The notes: a model not told the origin generated them from the sequence alone. A stretch of DNA of 64,000 nucleotides from Lewinellaceae bacterium (GCA_037445225.1 JBBIKW010000009.1:96192-160191), one strand, 5' to 3'. Shown: positions 28,107 to 38,030, counted from the first letter of the stretch. Numbers and translations are program-made.

Positions 28107-28150
28107 GAAAAAATAAAAGGGCCCAACAGTCCGGGAGGGTTGCCGGGCCC
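28107..28150 (-). terminator. rho-independent terminator between the giant adhesin gene and the sprF-like gene
   Basis: The minus strand reads GGGCCCGGCA-12 nt-TGTTGGGCCC (10 bp, two G-U) followed by TTTTATTTTTTC. It lies between the stop at 28159 and the sprF-like ATG at 28079. Confidence 0.55.
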
Positions 28151-28158
28151 TCGAAGCG

Positions 28159-31100
28159 TTATCGAACGATATTGATGGAGCCTTTAATCTGACGCACCTC
28201 TCCACTTGCCGTGACGGTTAGGACGTAGTAGTATACTCCATCGGGTAGGAGCTCTCCGCTAGCGGTACGACCCTCCCAGCGCTTCGCACTGTTGTCATAC
28301 CCCTCTGCTCGATATACCAACTGCCCCCATCGGTTAAACACTTCAAACGTGTTGACGGGATAATCTTCAATACAGGTGATGAGCGCGAAGTCGTTTAGAC
28401 CGTCTTCCACCCCAGGCGTAATGACTGGGCGCACTAAGAGACAGCCGTCGGGCGGATAGGGCACGCGAATGCGGCCAATGCCTTTGCAGCCGTTGCCGTC
28501 TGTAACGATGAACTCGATGAGCTCGCCGGGGCAGAGGTCTTCGGCGCGCGCTTCGGTGCCGTTCTTGCCCGAAGTGACGGAAGACCAAGCAAAGGAAAGC
28601 GGCTGTATTCCAGAGGGCACCTGGGCAATAACTTGACCATCGCATAGGGAGAAGTTGTCGGGTGCCAACGTCGAGAATTCAAAGTTGAGAGGCTCTGGCT
28701 CGCTCACCGTGAAGGAATAAAGCGTCTGCACGTTGTTCGCATCGATTATCGTGATGCGGTATTCGCCTCCGCACAGCTGTGTGGCCGTAGAAAGCCCACC
28801 CAGCGGCACGTTGGCATCTACTTGCCCAGTCGGCCAAACAATGCGGTAAGGCGGCACGCCACCCACTGCAGACACGGCAGCACGGCCGTCGCAGTGGCCG
28901 TCGCAGCTGACACCAAAGCCGTTATAATTGCTCAGAATAGCAGAGCTGCCCACCACTGTCGGCGGAAACGTCAACTGTCCCTGCCAAGAAGCAGTACAAC
29001 CCAGACCATCCGTAATGATTACGCTGTACGGCCCCCCGCATAGGGTGCTGTTGGTAGGCGTGTTGACTCCATTGCTCCAACTCACTGTGAAATTACCCAC
29101 GTTTCCAGTGACGACCACTGAGGCAACGCCGTCACAGACCGTAGCCCCGCTTACATGAAAGCCGTTGTAGTTGGACAATATGTTGACATTAGATACCGTC
29201 ACCTGCGATTGCGAGCCTACCGTTATGGAGGGGCACTGCCGCGGCACATTGCTCTGGTCGATTACCGTACACATATACACGCCCGGAGGTATTTGAGCGA
29301 TGTTTTGTGTAGTCGCCGTGTAGCCGTTTGGCCCACTCCACACAAAGGAATACGTTGGCCCGTCCCCACCCGAAACAGAGATGGCAATAGCGCCATCGCT
29401 AGAGTTAGCACATGTAGCGGGCGTCACCTGCACGACGTTGCATTCGAAGGGTGCATAGGTGCGCACTAAGTTGAACGTATATACGCTGGTGCAGCCCGAG
29501 TTGAGGTTCGTCACCGTAACAATATAGGTACCTGAGTCCAAGCCGTTGACCGTCGGTGTAGTTGGGCCGTGCTTCCACGCATACATGAGGTTGGCGTTGG
29601 GCGGAATAGGTGACAGCGAGATGGAGCCGTTCTTCATGTCGTCAAACGGCGGCGTGAAGGCCGTGCCAACTACAGCGGGCTCGCGTTGTGTAATCACAAT
29701 GTTTGAGATGGTGAAGTTGTTCCCCGCCCCATCGGCAAGACTGATCTCGTATTCTCCCGAAGGTAAGCTGCAGATCTGGAAAGTATCTTGGTCGGGGAAA
29801 TATATTTGGTTGAAGGGGTTAGGAGGCGTTTTGCTCAGGCTAATCGACACAGGAGCGACTGCTCCAGGAGGAACATTGACGGTCATGCATCCATCGTCGT
29901 TGCAAGAAGGCGTAATTGGGCTCACCGTAGCCAGCACCAAGATATTCGTCGTAGGCACCTCGTAGGTAAAAGTCGCCGTACATTGATTTGCATCGGTGAT
30001 GGTCAAAACATAGGTGCCGTAAGACAGTCCTGCGATATCTTGCTGGTTAGAAGTAAATCCATTGGGGCCGCTCCAGCTGAAGGCGAGCGGCGCCGTCCCG
30101 CCACTAATATTATGCAATGAAATGGAGCCTGGTGTCAGGCCATCTTGCGGTGTAATTGTTTGGCTGCCGACAGTGATGGGTTGAGGAGCATTTACGGCGA
30201 TAGCAGGCCCTTGTGTCGTACAGCCGGCATTGTCGGTAATGGTCGGCACATAAGAGCCAGCGGTTAGACCCGTAATGACGGTACCGGTTTTGTTACCGGG
30301 CCATTGCACCGTATACGGGGCACCGTTGCCTCCGCTGGGCGCCAAAGTAATAGAGCCGTCGGCGCCGTTAGGGCATCGCACATGCTGCACAGTGGGATTA
30401 GCCGCAATGGCCGTGGTGGCCCCGCCTACAACAATAGGGCTGTTGACCGCATCGGTGCAGCCGCGCGCATCTGTGGCCACTACCGTGTAAGAGCCGGCGC
30501 TCAACGTGGTGGGGTTAAGACCCGTAGCCACCGTTTGGGAGCCCAACATCCAGGCGACGTTGTAGGGCGGCGTACCGCCGGTCACCGATACGGAGGCAGC
30601 GCCGTTGTTGGAGCCAAAGCAAGTGGCTGGCGTGATGCTCCCGGTCGGCTCTACCAGCAGCGCTGCCTGCGGCTGGGTGACCGTGTACTCAAAGACCCGC
30701 GAACACATGTTGGCGTCGCGCACCGTCAGCGTATAGGTGCCTGCCGTCAGACCCGAGATATTTTTGGTCGTAGCAGAAAAGCCACCCGGACCACTCCACG
30801 AAAACGTGTGGGCGCCGGTGCCCCCCGTAGGATTGGGCAAGGAAATAGAGCCGTTGTTGCCGCCAAAGCAAGAGACCGGATTGATCACCACAAGCGACTG
30901 CGCTATTTGGATAGCTGCCGGAGCACTGACGTTAATCACGGATGGCGTGTGGGTGCATCCTTTTGAGTCGGAAATCGTCACCGAATACGTTCCCGCAGCT
31001 AGTCCCGTAATGCTGGGGGTATTCGTTGTCTGATTGTTGAAGGGCGGAGGCCCTGCCCAGCTATAGGTGTACCCCGGCGTACCCCCTGAAGTCGACAAGG

Positions 31101-32784
31101 TGATAGAGCCATCCTGTCCGTTGGGGCAGGTTACGTTGACCACTGTGGCACTGGTACTCATGGGCTGAGGTTGCCCTACGACGGCTGTGCTTGTCGTCGT
31201 CAGGCCACTCGCCACGGTGACCGTTACCGTATACGTCCCCGGTAGCAAATTCTGAATGAGAGTGTCTGTAGTACTGCCGTTACCACTAGGCCCTGTCCAC
31301 GTGAAATTCATTGCAGGCCCGCCCTGGATGAGCTTCGCAGAGATAGCCCCTGTAGCGGTACCGTTGCAGGCGGCATTGGTGGGATTCAGCTGTAGTACAG
31401 GCGGTACCACCGCGGTGATATACACATGGCCGTTGACCAAGCCCGGCGTAACAATCCCCTTTTTATCTTGAGACACCTCTATGGGAAAACCATTTAGGCT
31501 GGAAAAGTTCACCGGCGAAAGCGTATTAGTGTCGCCGATAGCGGTAAAGCACAGGCTAAAGATAATTGTGCTATCAGGGAGGGTTCTACCCAAGGCATTC
31601 TGGTCAAACCAGTTAAAGCGTACCTCTCCAGGCGGATTGGTATTGAAAGCGGCTGGCGTTAGCCCTAAAGGATTAGAACCCAAATTTATGGGTGTATTCA
31701 ACTGCAGAAGGGCCGGATTATACACGATGGCAAACTGCATAGAGGTGACCTCTTTGAAGTTTTTCACCCGAATATCCACGCACGTAGTGCCGTTCTTTAC
31801 CACCGTGTCTTTGTCGGCAATGAAATGTACGGCGTTCGGATCAACCGCCACAAAAATAGTATCGCGCACACCCGACCCTGGCTCCCAGAGGTTTTGGCTG
31901 TTAATGTCGATAGCCTCCTCCGAGGTGCCTCCGCCCGGCGGAAAGCCTACAGCGTCGATCCAGATGGGTGAAAAACTTCCCGCCGGGCCGTCGGCGCGAA
32001 AACACACTTGGTATATGGTGTCGCCGTTGGCCCGAGTAACGCCCATAAAAGCGGTCTCCGTCCAGCTGATTATCAAATTATTCGTACCCGGCAACACGTT
32101 GAAGGAGCCGGGCCCTAAGTCGGGCAGATTGTAGCCGGTAGTACCTTGATATTTCAGCACGGTCGTATCCCAGTGCATGACGTATGATAGCGCCACCATC
32201 TGATTAAAACCGCGCACCGTCACGGGCATGCACTGCGTTGCCCCTTGAGGTATGTGCAGGCGGTTGGCGCGAATCTGGAAGTTTGCCGGCCCTGCCGCTA
32301 CCGCTATGTTAGCCCCGCCTTGGGAAAAGTTTACCGATATGGCCTGGCCATTGCGCGTCACCTCGATACCCGGCAACACGTTGGCTAAATTGACCGACGA
32401 TACCCCCGCAGCACGCAAGCGAAAGCGAATGGTTAAAATCGTCGTACCGTTAGCCAGCGTTACGCCCGTGGGGTATTGAAATAAGTCGGGGAACCACGAC
32501 GTTGAGACCTTTCCCGGCGAGGCATTGTAGTTGGCCGCCGAAAAGCCCGGCAAGGTGCTTGTCGTCATCGAAAGAAACTCCAGCACCGTATTGTTGAAGA
32601 CAATGGGAAACTGCAGCGACGTAATATTGGTGAAATTTTGTGCTTTCAGCTCCAACAATATGGTGTCGCCGACATTTCCCGTAAGGGAAGCCGGTGTAAA
32701 GGAAGTGATAAGCGCTTGTCCAGCGGCTTTTAGGTGGAACAGGAGCAGACCTGCCGCAAGAAGGGTAGGGAAAATCGGTCTCAT
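28159..32784 (-). CDS. giant T9SS adhesin: three cohesin-like modules, about eleven SprB-type repeats, type-B C-terminal domain
   Basis: 1541 aa from the ATG at 32784 (the track starts at 32829). Signal peptide MRPIFPTLLAAGLLLFHLKAAGQ. Repeats such as CPNGQDGSITLSTSGGTPGYTYSW. C-terminus FEVFNRWGQLVYRAEG…WEGR…DGVYYYVL…GSINIVR. Confidence 0.88.
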   Translation of the reverse strand: MRPIFPTLLAAGLLLFHLKAAGQALITSFTPASLTGNVGDTILLELKAQNFTNITSLQFPIVFNNTVLEFLSMTTSTLPGFSAANYNASPGKVSTSWFPDLFQYPTGVTLANGTTILTIRFRLRAAGVSSVNLANVLPGIEVTRNGQAISVNFSQGGANIAVAAGPANFQIRANRLHIPQGATQCMPVTVRGFNQMVALSYVMHWDTTVLKYQGTTGYNLPDLGPGSFNVLPGTNNLIISWTETAFMGVTRANGDTIYQVCFRADGPAGSFSPIWIDAVGFPPGGGTSEEAIDINSQNLWEPGSGVRDTIFVAVDPNAVHFIADKDTVVKNGTTCVDIRVKNFKEVTSMQFAIVYNPALLQLNTPINLGSNPLGLTPAAFNTNPPGEVRFNWFDQNALGRTLPDSTIIFSLCFTAIGDTNTLSPVNFSSLNGFPIEVSQDKKGIVTPGLVNGHVYITAVVPPVLQLNPTNAACNGTATGAISAKLIQGGPAMNFTWTGPSGNGSTTDTLIQNLLPGTYTVTVTVASGLTTTSTAVVGQPQPMSTSATVVNVTCPNGQDGSITLSTSGGTPGYTYSWAGPPPFNNQTTNTPSITGLAAGTYSVTISDSKGCTHTPSVINVSAPAAIQIAQSLVVINPVSCFGGNNGSISLPNPTGGTGAHTFSWSGPGGFSATTKNISGLTAGTYTLTVRDANMCSRVFEYTVTQPQAALLVEPTGSITPATCFGSNNGAASVSVTGGTPPYNVAWMLGSQTVATGLNPTTLSAGSYTVVATDARGCTDAVNSPIVVGGATTAIAANPTVQHVRCPNGADGSITLAPSGGNGAPYTVQWPGNKTGTVITGLTAGSYVPTITDNAGCTTQGPAIAVNAPQPITVGSQTITPQDGLTPGSISLHNISGGTAPLAFSWSGPNGFTSNQQDIAGLSYGTYVLTITDANQCTATFTYEVPTTNILVLATVSPITPSCNDDGCMTVNVPPGAVAPVSISLSKTPPNPFNQIYFPDQDTFQICSLPSGEYEISLADGAGNNFTISNIVITQREPAVVGTAFTPPFDDMKNGSISLSPIPPNANLMYAWKHGPTTPTVNGLDSGTYIVTVTNLNSGCTSVYTFNLVRTYAPFECNVVQVTPATCANSSDGAIAISVSGGDGPTYSFVWSGPNGYTATTQNIAQIPPGVYMCTVIDQSNVPRQCPSITVGSQSQVTVSNVNILSNYNGFHVSGATVCDGVASVVVTGNVGNFTVSWSNGVNTPTNSTLCGGPYSVIITDGLGCTASWQGQLTFPPTVVGSSAILSNYNGFGVSCDGHCDGRAAVSAVGGVPPYRIVWPTGQVDANVPLGGLSTATQLCGGEYRITIIDANNVQTLYSFTVSEPEPLNFEFSTLAPDNFSLCDGQVIAQVPSGIQPLSFAWSSVTSGKNGTEARAEDLCPGELIEFIVTDGNGCKGIGRIRVPYPPDGCLLVRPVITPGVEDGLNDFALITCIEDYPVNTFEVFNRWGQLVYRAEGYDNSAKRWEGRTASGELLPDGVYYYVLTVTASGEVRQIKGSINIVR

Positions 32785-32825
32785 CTTTAACGACAAATAG
32801 GGATGATGGAGGAATAAACATTCTT

Positions 32826-33632
32826 TCATAATTTCATCAAAGGCAGAAGACTTGCCTGTGTTTTTGTTCGGATGAGCAAAAAGTAGAGGCCATTCCTCGG
32901 CAATTGGGAAGAGGCAATTTCTATGCCATGATGCCCTGAGGGAAGAAAGTATTGCTGCTCCGACACAAGACGCCCTACCACATCTTTCAAGACCACCCGT
33001 ACTTCGTCGGCGCTGCTTAGCTCCAAAACGAGGGTTGTCCTGTCGATGAAGGGATTGGGATACACCCGCGACGAAAGTGGCGAGACGCCTCGGATAGTCT
33101 CCTCTGCGCTTACGCTAAAGCCAATGGCTACGTATCCGTGCTTGAGCACGCAGTCCTCTATGCGCAGCGGCGGGATCGACGTATCGGCTTTGAGCACTTC
33201 AAACTGCGTCGGCGGAATCTCCGTGAATGTCACCGCAGTACCCTGCCCTGTCTGACCCTTTGCGCTGAACTTTATCCAAAAAATCGCCGTGCTATCGGGA
33301 AGCGAAACCCCAGTGCGCACTAAGGGCGTATTCCAGGCGAACCGCAGGATACCCGACCCTGTTTCGTTGGTTCCAAAGTGTTGGATAACCAGTCCCGGCA
33401 AATTGAAGTTGAATACGGTCAAGTAATTGAGGACGGCCGGATCCCACTGAAGGACAAACTGCACCCCGACAATACTATCAAACTCGGCTACCTGGAGCGG
33501 CATATTCACCACACTCCCGGGCGTAACGTTGTTCAACACCGGCAGGCAAAACGTTACCTGCGCGCGAAGCGGATAAAAGGAGAGGAAAAACAGGAAAAAG
33601 AATGGCCAAACCCAGCGGGAGTGTGCAAACAT
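32826..33632 (-). CDS. cohesin-like domain protein with T9SS type-A (Por) C-terminal sorting domain
   Basis: 268 aa from the ATG at 33632. The module VVNMPLQVAEFDSIVGVQFVLQWDPAVLNYL resembles the three modules in the downstream giant gene. C-terminus VYPNPFIDRTTLVLEL…GLYFLLIRT is typical of type-A CTDs. Confidence 0.75.
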   Translation of the reverse strand: MFAHSRWVWPFFFLFFLSFYPLRAQVTFCLPVLNNVTPGSVVNMPLQVAEFDSIVGVQFVLQWDPAVLNYLTVFNFNLPGLVIQHFGTNETGSGILRFAWNTPLVRTGVSLPDSTAIFWIKFSAKGQTGQGTAVTFTEIPPTQFEVLKADTSIPPLRIEDCVLKHGYVAIGFSVSAEETIRGVSPLSSRVYPNPFIDRTTLVLELSSADEVRVVLKDVVGRLVSEQQYFLPSGHHGIEIASSQLPRNGLYFLLIRTKTQASLLPLMKL

Positions 33633-33858
33633 GAGAAACAACTGGTTGCGGATTTGTTTTTTACGAGAAGCCCACTGTCGCAGCAAAGTGCTGGCTTTCT
33701 ACGGATTAAAAGAAAAAGGCTACTTTTTCCGAAAGAGAAGCGATGAACCTCCTTGGTCAAAAAGCGGGCCAAAGTTCTGGAAAAAAGGCGTAAATACCTA
33801 AAAATCGCAAAATGAAGTGCGCGCACCGGCGCATCTCCTCAAAACGATGGCTGCGGCG

Positions 33859-34731
33859 CTACAGCCCTTCAAAATGCCGCGGGCGAAGAATTTCGCGGTT
33901 GTAGCAGTCGAAAAACTCGCGCACCTCGTAAGTCTTGGGTAAGCTTTGCCAATCTATGTAAAAGCTGTTTTTAGGCGGAGAGGCATCGTAGTGCCCAACG
34001 ACAATTTCCAATAAATAAGAGGAGTGAGAAGGAGTAGTCGGTTCCCGTATCCCGCCGAACTGATATCGGAAATAGATGGGTAGACCGCTCTGCTTGTCTA
34101 TGCCGAACCGAATATGGCGCCAGCGCGCCTCTTCTGCCTCATTTGCTTCTGTCGTCCAATCTGCTCCCACCAGTATGCAGGGTGTATTGCTGATGAGCGT
34201 ATCGTCTAAGGTTTGGTAGGGAGGCGTTCCGAAATCCCGATTTTGGCCGTAGTATCGATTAACTGCCGGCGCATGCAACAGCATAGGAATGAAGAAAAAC
34301 ACGGTGCCGTTTTGGAACAAGTGCACGTCGGGGTCGAGGCGCTGCAGGTCGTAGCGCTGGGCTAAGGTGTCGCCGTAAAGGCTGTACTTGTAGCGCCCAT
34401 CGAAGACCACGCGAAGGCGGTGCAGGCTGGAGGGATACTGCGTTTCCAAGTCGGCTTCGTAGCGCAGGCCGGGTTTCCCGTCCAGATGTTCAAAGCGCTC
34501 AAACCATATGCGACCGAGATAAAAGATGGTGTCTTTGCTGTAGTGGTGCTTTTCGACGGCGCGAATATGGTAGGCGCCGTAGGGAATGCGCTCGGCGCTG
34601 TCCAAAGCGGCGATCAACAGCGGATGCCGCGTTTGTGAAAACAGCGCACCGCCCGCCCACAGGAGCAATGCCGCTGCGAAAAAGGCGCCCTTGCTTTTGC
34701 AGGGCAGCAACAGTTCCAATCCGTATCTCAT
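33859..34731 (-). CDS. hypothetical secreted protein
   Basis: 290 aa from the ATG at 34731. N-terminal hydrophobic signal-like segment AFFAAALLLWAGGALFSQ. No family recognised. Confidence 0.5.
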   Translation of the reverse strand: MRYGLELLLPCKSKGAFFAAALLLWAGGALFSQTRHPLLIAALDSAERIPYGAYHIRAVEKHHYSKDTIFYLGRIWFERFEHLDGKPGLRYEADLETQYPSSLHRLRVVFDGRYKYSLYGDTLAQRYDLQRLDPDVHLFQNGTVFFFIPMLLHAPAVNRYYGQNRDFGTPPYQTLDDTLISNTPCILVGADWTTEANEAEEARWRHIRFGIDKQSGLPIYFRYQFGGIREPTTPSHSSYLLEIVVGHYDASPPKNSFYIDWQSLPKTYEVREFFDCYNREILRPRHFEGL

Positions 34732-34782
34732 AAGCACGTCACTTTTGTTCTATCTGAACATATTTTTTGTCTACCCATCCCT

Positions 34783-35817
34783 TCAGTCCTTTCTCATTCT
34801 TCGCCCAGACGAACTGCATCCCATTGGCTTGCTTAGCACAATCGCACAGAGCGTAATCGTTTCGCCGCGCAGAAACTGCCCGAGCACCTCGCTGGATGTG
34901 CTGGGGTAGCGGCGCACGTTGAGCGGGTCGCGGCGCGTATGCAAGCAGGCGTAGGTTTTTTTCGGATACTTCTCTGCGCATTTTACTACCACTTTGGAAG
35001 CCCTCCAATAGCGTCGAATGCATCGGAAGCGATCCTCCGACCACGGATGCGTTCGCACTAATTCGTATAGCCAACGTTCTACACCCCAACTCGGCCTCGG
35101 ATCCAATTGTCTAAGCAGCTGCATCACCGAGACGGCGCGCTCCGGGTCGTAACCGGCTGCATACATTAAGTATATCGCGGCAATGTCGGCATCTAACTCG
35201 TCGGATGGATTGCAATACTGCGCCCGATGTCGCGTAAAAAAAGAGCGAAGCTGGTCTAAAACATCGCCTCCCTCCAACTGCTCAACATATCTAATCAGAC
35301 GAGCTATTTCCGCTGTGTGGTGGTTTTCATTGTGGCCCAACTCGTGCCCTAAAACGAAGGCTAGTTCGTCGTCCGTGGATAGGACATCCAAGGCGCCTGT
35401 GGTTATATAGATATTCCCACCCGGTATAGTAAAGGCGCCAAAAGTCTCGTCTTCTATGACATACATGTCGTGGTCGAAGTAGGGCCGCGCTAAGTGCGGC
35501 AGCAAGCGTTCGACAACGGCCTCAGCGCGTTCGTTGTAGGCAGCATCCTCTAAAAGCAGCGACATGAAGTGTTCTTGGTGTATGGCCTCCCCCATCTTTT
35601 TTTGCTCGGCGGTGTTGATGGGCCCTATTTCCCGCCGTACCTCGCGCTTCAATTCATCGCCGCATTTCTCCCGATCTTCATAACTGCACCCTAAGCGAAG
35701 CGCATCGACTTTTGTTTTGAACGGAAACTGATAAAGTGTCTCCTCTTTGGGTAAGGGTTCTTCGCAAGAAGCGACTACCCAAAGCAGCAAAAGCCAAGGA
35801 AAGCACCAAGTCAACAT
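34783..35817 (-). CDS. M48 family metallopeptidase with a C-terminal SH3b-like domain that appears frameshifted
   Basis: 344 aa as called. Zinc motif VLGHELGHNENHH (HExxH). The C-terminus starts an SH3b-like segment LNVRRYPSTSSEVLGQFLRGETITLC and then runs into an implausible tail. The SH3b continuation is in track ORF 34739..35089. Confidence 0.75.
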   Translation of the reverse strand: MLTWCFPWLLLLWVVASCEEPLPKEETLYQFPFKTKVDALRLGCSYEDREKCGDELKREVRREIGPINTAEQKKMGEAIHQEHFMSLLLEDAAYNERAEAVVERLLPHLARPYFDHDMYVIEDETFGAFTIPGGNIYITTGALDVLSTDDELAFVLGHELGHNENHHTAEIARLIRYVEQLEGGDVLDQLRSFFTRHRAQYCNPSDELDADIAAIYLMYAAGYDPERAVSVMQLLRQLDPRPSWGVERWLYELVRTHPWSEDRFRCIRRYWRASKVVVKCAEKYPKKTYACLHTRRDPLNVRRYPSTSSEVLGQFLRGETITLCAIVLSKPMGCSSSGRRMRKD

Positions 35818-35837
35818 TTTGCAGTATTGGGTATATC

Positions 35838-37964
35838 TCAGTATTCCAGCAGCCGTTGAATAGCCTCAGCTACCTTCTCGATAGAGGGGATCATCTCGCG
35901 CTCGAGCGTCTCGTTGAGCGGCACCGCAGGCACATTAGCCGCGCCTATGGTGCGCACAGGAGCATCCAAGTGTTCGAAGCAATTTTCCGAAATGCGAGCG
36001 GCTAAGCTCTGCGCAAAGGTGTTGTGCACAGGCTCTTCGGTGATGACCAACACTTTTCCGTGTCGGCGGGCCAATGCAAACATAGCGGCCTCGTCTAAGG
36101 GGAAAAGCGTGCGCAAGTCGAGCACCTCAACGCGGCCAGGATAGTAGCGCGCCGCGTTCAATGCCCAATGGACACCCATGCCGTAACAAACAATGCCTAA
36201 GGATTCGCCGCGCTGTACAGCTTTCGGCTCAGTCGCTAAGGCTACCCGGGCTTTGCCAAAGGGCACTACATAGTCTTCATCGGGTTCGACGGTGCGCGCC
36301 GCCTCGGTACCGCGCACCTTACTCCAATACAGGCCCTTGTGTTCGAAAATGACGACTGGGTTGGGGTCGTAATAAGCCGCCTTGAGCAGCCCCTTCAGGT
36401 CGGCCCCATTGCTCGGATAGGCGATCTTGATGCCGCGAATGTTGACGACAACGCTTTCGACGCTGCTGCTGTGGTAGGGACCGCCACTCCCATACGCGCC
36501 AATAGGCACGCGGATGATGCAGCTGACTGGCCACTTTCCGTTGCTCAGGTAGCAGGAGCGGCTGACCTCTGTAAAGAGCTGGTTGAGCCCGGGCCAGATA
36601 TAGTCTGCAAATTGCACTTCTACAATGGGGCGCAGTCCTACGGCGCTCATGCCTACCGTGCTACCGATGATAAAAGCCTCTTGGATGGGCGTGTTGAAGA
36701 CGCGGTGGTCGCCAAACTTTTCGGCCAAGGTGGCGGCCTCTCGGAAGACGCCGCCTAACCGGCGCCCTACGTCTTGCCCATAGAGCAGGCACTCTGGGTG
36801 GGCGCGCATGAGCTCTTCGATGGCGTACAGGGCGCAGTCTACCATCACCTTGGGCTCTCGCCCAGGCGGTTGGCGAACGCCACGCTCCGCCGTAATGGGC
36901 GTGGGAGCAAAGTCGAAGGTATATAAGTCCTTGGACTCCGGGTCGGGAGCATTCTTGCTGTGCTCAAAGTCGTCCGCTACCGTCTGGATGACCTCCTGTT
37001 CGATCTGTTGCAGCTGCTCTTCGGTAAAACCGCTTTGTAAGAGCGCACGCCGCAGGATAGGGTAAGGGTCGCGCTGTTGGTGCTCCTCTAAGTCGTCTCG
37101 GTACCACTCTTTGCGCACCCCTGAGGTGTGGTGGTTGAGCAGCGGCACGCGCGCGTGTAAGAGAAAAGGCCGGCGCTCGGTGCGGATCTGGTGCAAGATA
37201 TCTGCCACGGTATGCCAGCACCGCACAAAGTCATTGCCCTCTATGCTGATGGCCTCTAAACCTGGGAAGCCCTTGGCGTATTCGGCAGCATTGGCTACGC
37301 GCGTCTCGGCAGCATTGGCCGAGATGTCCCAGCCGTTGTCCTGTACTAAATACAAGATGGGTAGTTTCTTCAGCACCGCCATCTGGAAGGCCTCGCTGAC
37401 CTCGCCCTCGGTGACCGAAGCATCGCCCAACGAGCACACGACAACGGGCTTGGGCTGGTCGGGAGGCGGCATCAGCTCGGCTACCTGTTCGCGATACCAA
37501 AAGCCCAACGCCGCACCCGTAGCAGGGATAGCTTGCATGCCGGTAGCGCTGCTCTGGTGCGGGATCTTGGGCTTGTCTGGGTCGCGAAGGCTGGGGTGGC
37601 AATAATAGGAGCGCCCGCCCGAAAAGGGGTCGTCGCGCTTAGCCATCAATTGCAGCATGCAGTCGTAAGGGCGCATGCCGATGCCCAACAGCATGCTGTC
37701 GTCTCGATAATAAGGGTATAAGTAATCTTGCGGCAACAGCTGCATGGCCACCGCCAGCTGGATAGCCTCGTGGCCACGCGAGGTGGCATGTACGTACTTG
37801 GAGACAAACTTGAAGTTAGCCTCGTAGATCTCCGTCATGGCCTTAGCCGTAGCCATGAGGCGAAAGGCACGTGCTAAAATATCTTTGGGAAGATCGGTGC
37901 GCCGAGCCGCTGCTACTTTTCGACGGCGCCTCGAACGCTGGCTGCTGGTAAGAGTGATGGTCAT
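35838..37964 (-). CDS. 2-oxoacid dehydrogenase E1 component, fused alpha/beta subunits (TPP-dependent)
   Basis: 708 aa. The N-terminal half has the TPP-binding GDASVTEGEVSEAFQMA…NNG-like motif (LVQDNGWDIS). The C-terminal half is transketolase-pyrimidine-like (FNTPIQEAFIIGSTVGMS). Confidence 0.85.
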   Translation of the reverse strand: MTITLTSSQRSRRRRKVAAARRTDLPKDILARAFRLMATAKAMTEIYEANFKFVSKYVHATSRGHEAIQLAVAMQLLPQDYLYPYYRDDSMLLGIGMRPYDCMLQLMAKRDDPFSGGRSYYCHPSLRDPDKPKIPHQSSATGMQAIPATGAALGFWYREQVAELMPPPDQPKPVVVCSLGDASVTEGEVSEAFQMAVLKKLPILYLVQDNGWDISANAAETRVANAAEYAKGFPGLEAISIEGNDFVRCWHTVADILHQIRTERRPFLLHARVPLLNHHTSGVRKEWYRDDLEEHQQRDPYPILRRALLQSGFTEEQLQQIEQEVIQTVADDFEHSKNAPDPESKDLYTFDFAPTPITAERGVRQPPGREPKVMVDCALYAIEELMRAHPECLLYGQDVGRRLGGVFREAATLAEKFGDHRVFNTPIQEAFIIGSTVGMSAVGLRPIVEVQFADYIWPGLNQLFTEVSRSCYLSNGKWPVSCIIRVPIGAYGSGGPYHSSSVESVVVNIRGIKIAYPSNGADLKGLLKAAYYDPNPVVIFEHKGLYWSKVRGTEAARTVEPDEDYVVPFGKARVALATEPKAVQRGESLGIVCYGMGVHWALNAARYYPGRVEVLDLRTLFPLDEAAMFALARRHGKVLVITEEPVHNTFAQSLAARISENCFEHLDAPVRTIGAANVPAVPLNETLEREMIPSIEKVAEAIQRLLEY

Positions 37965-38022
37965 TTTTTATCCGAAGAGTTGCCGCAGAATAGCGGTGGA
38001 GGTGCTCCAATAGGGACTTGGG

Positions 38023-38030
38023 CAAAGTTA
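38023..38030 (-). promoter_or_regulatory. -7 promoter box TAACTTTG (minus strand)
   Basis: Forward CAAAGTTA, 59 nt upstream of the E1 gene ATG at 37964. Confidence 0.4.

Noticed and set aside
28367-32821. Many ORFs of 60-220 aa in other frames or strands within the giant adhesin gene.
   Set aside because: The 4.6-kb minus-strand frame is uninterrupted and full of SprB repeats. The alternative ORFs are compositional artefacts.
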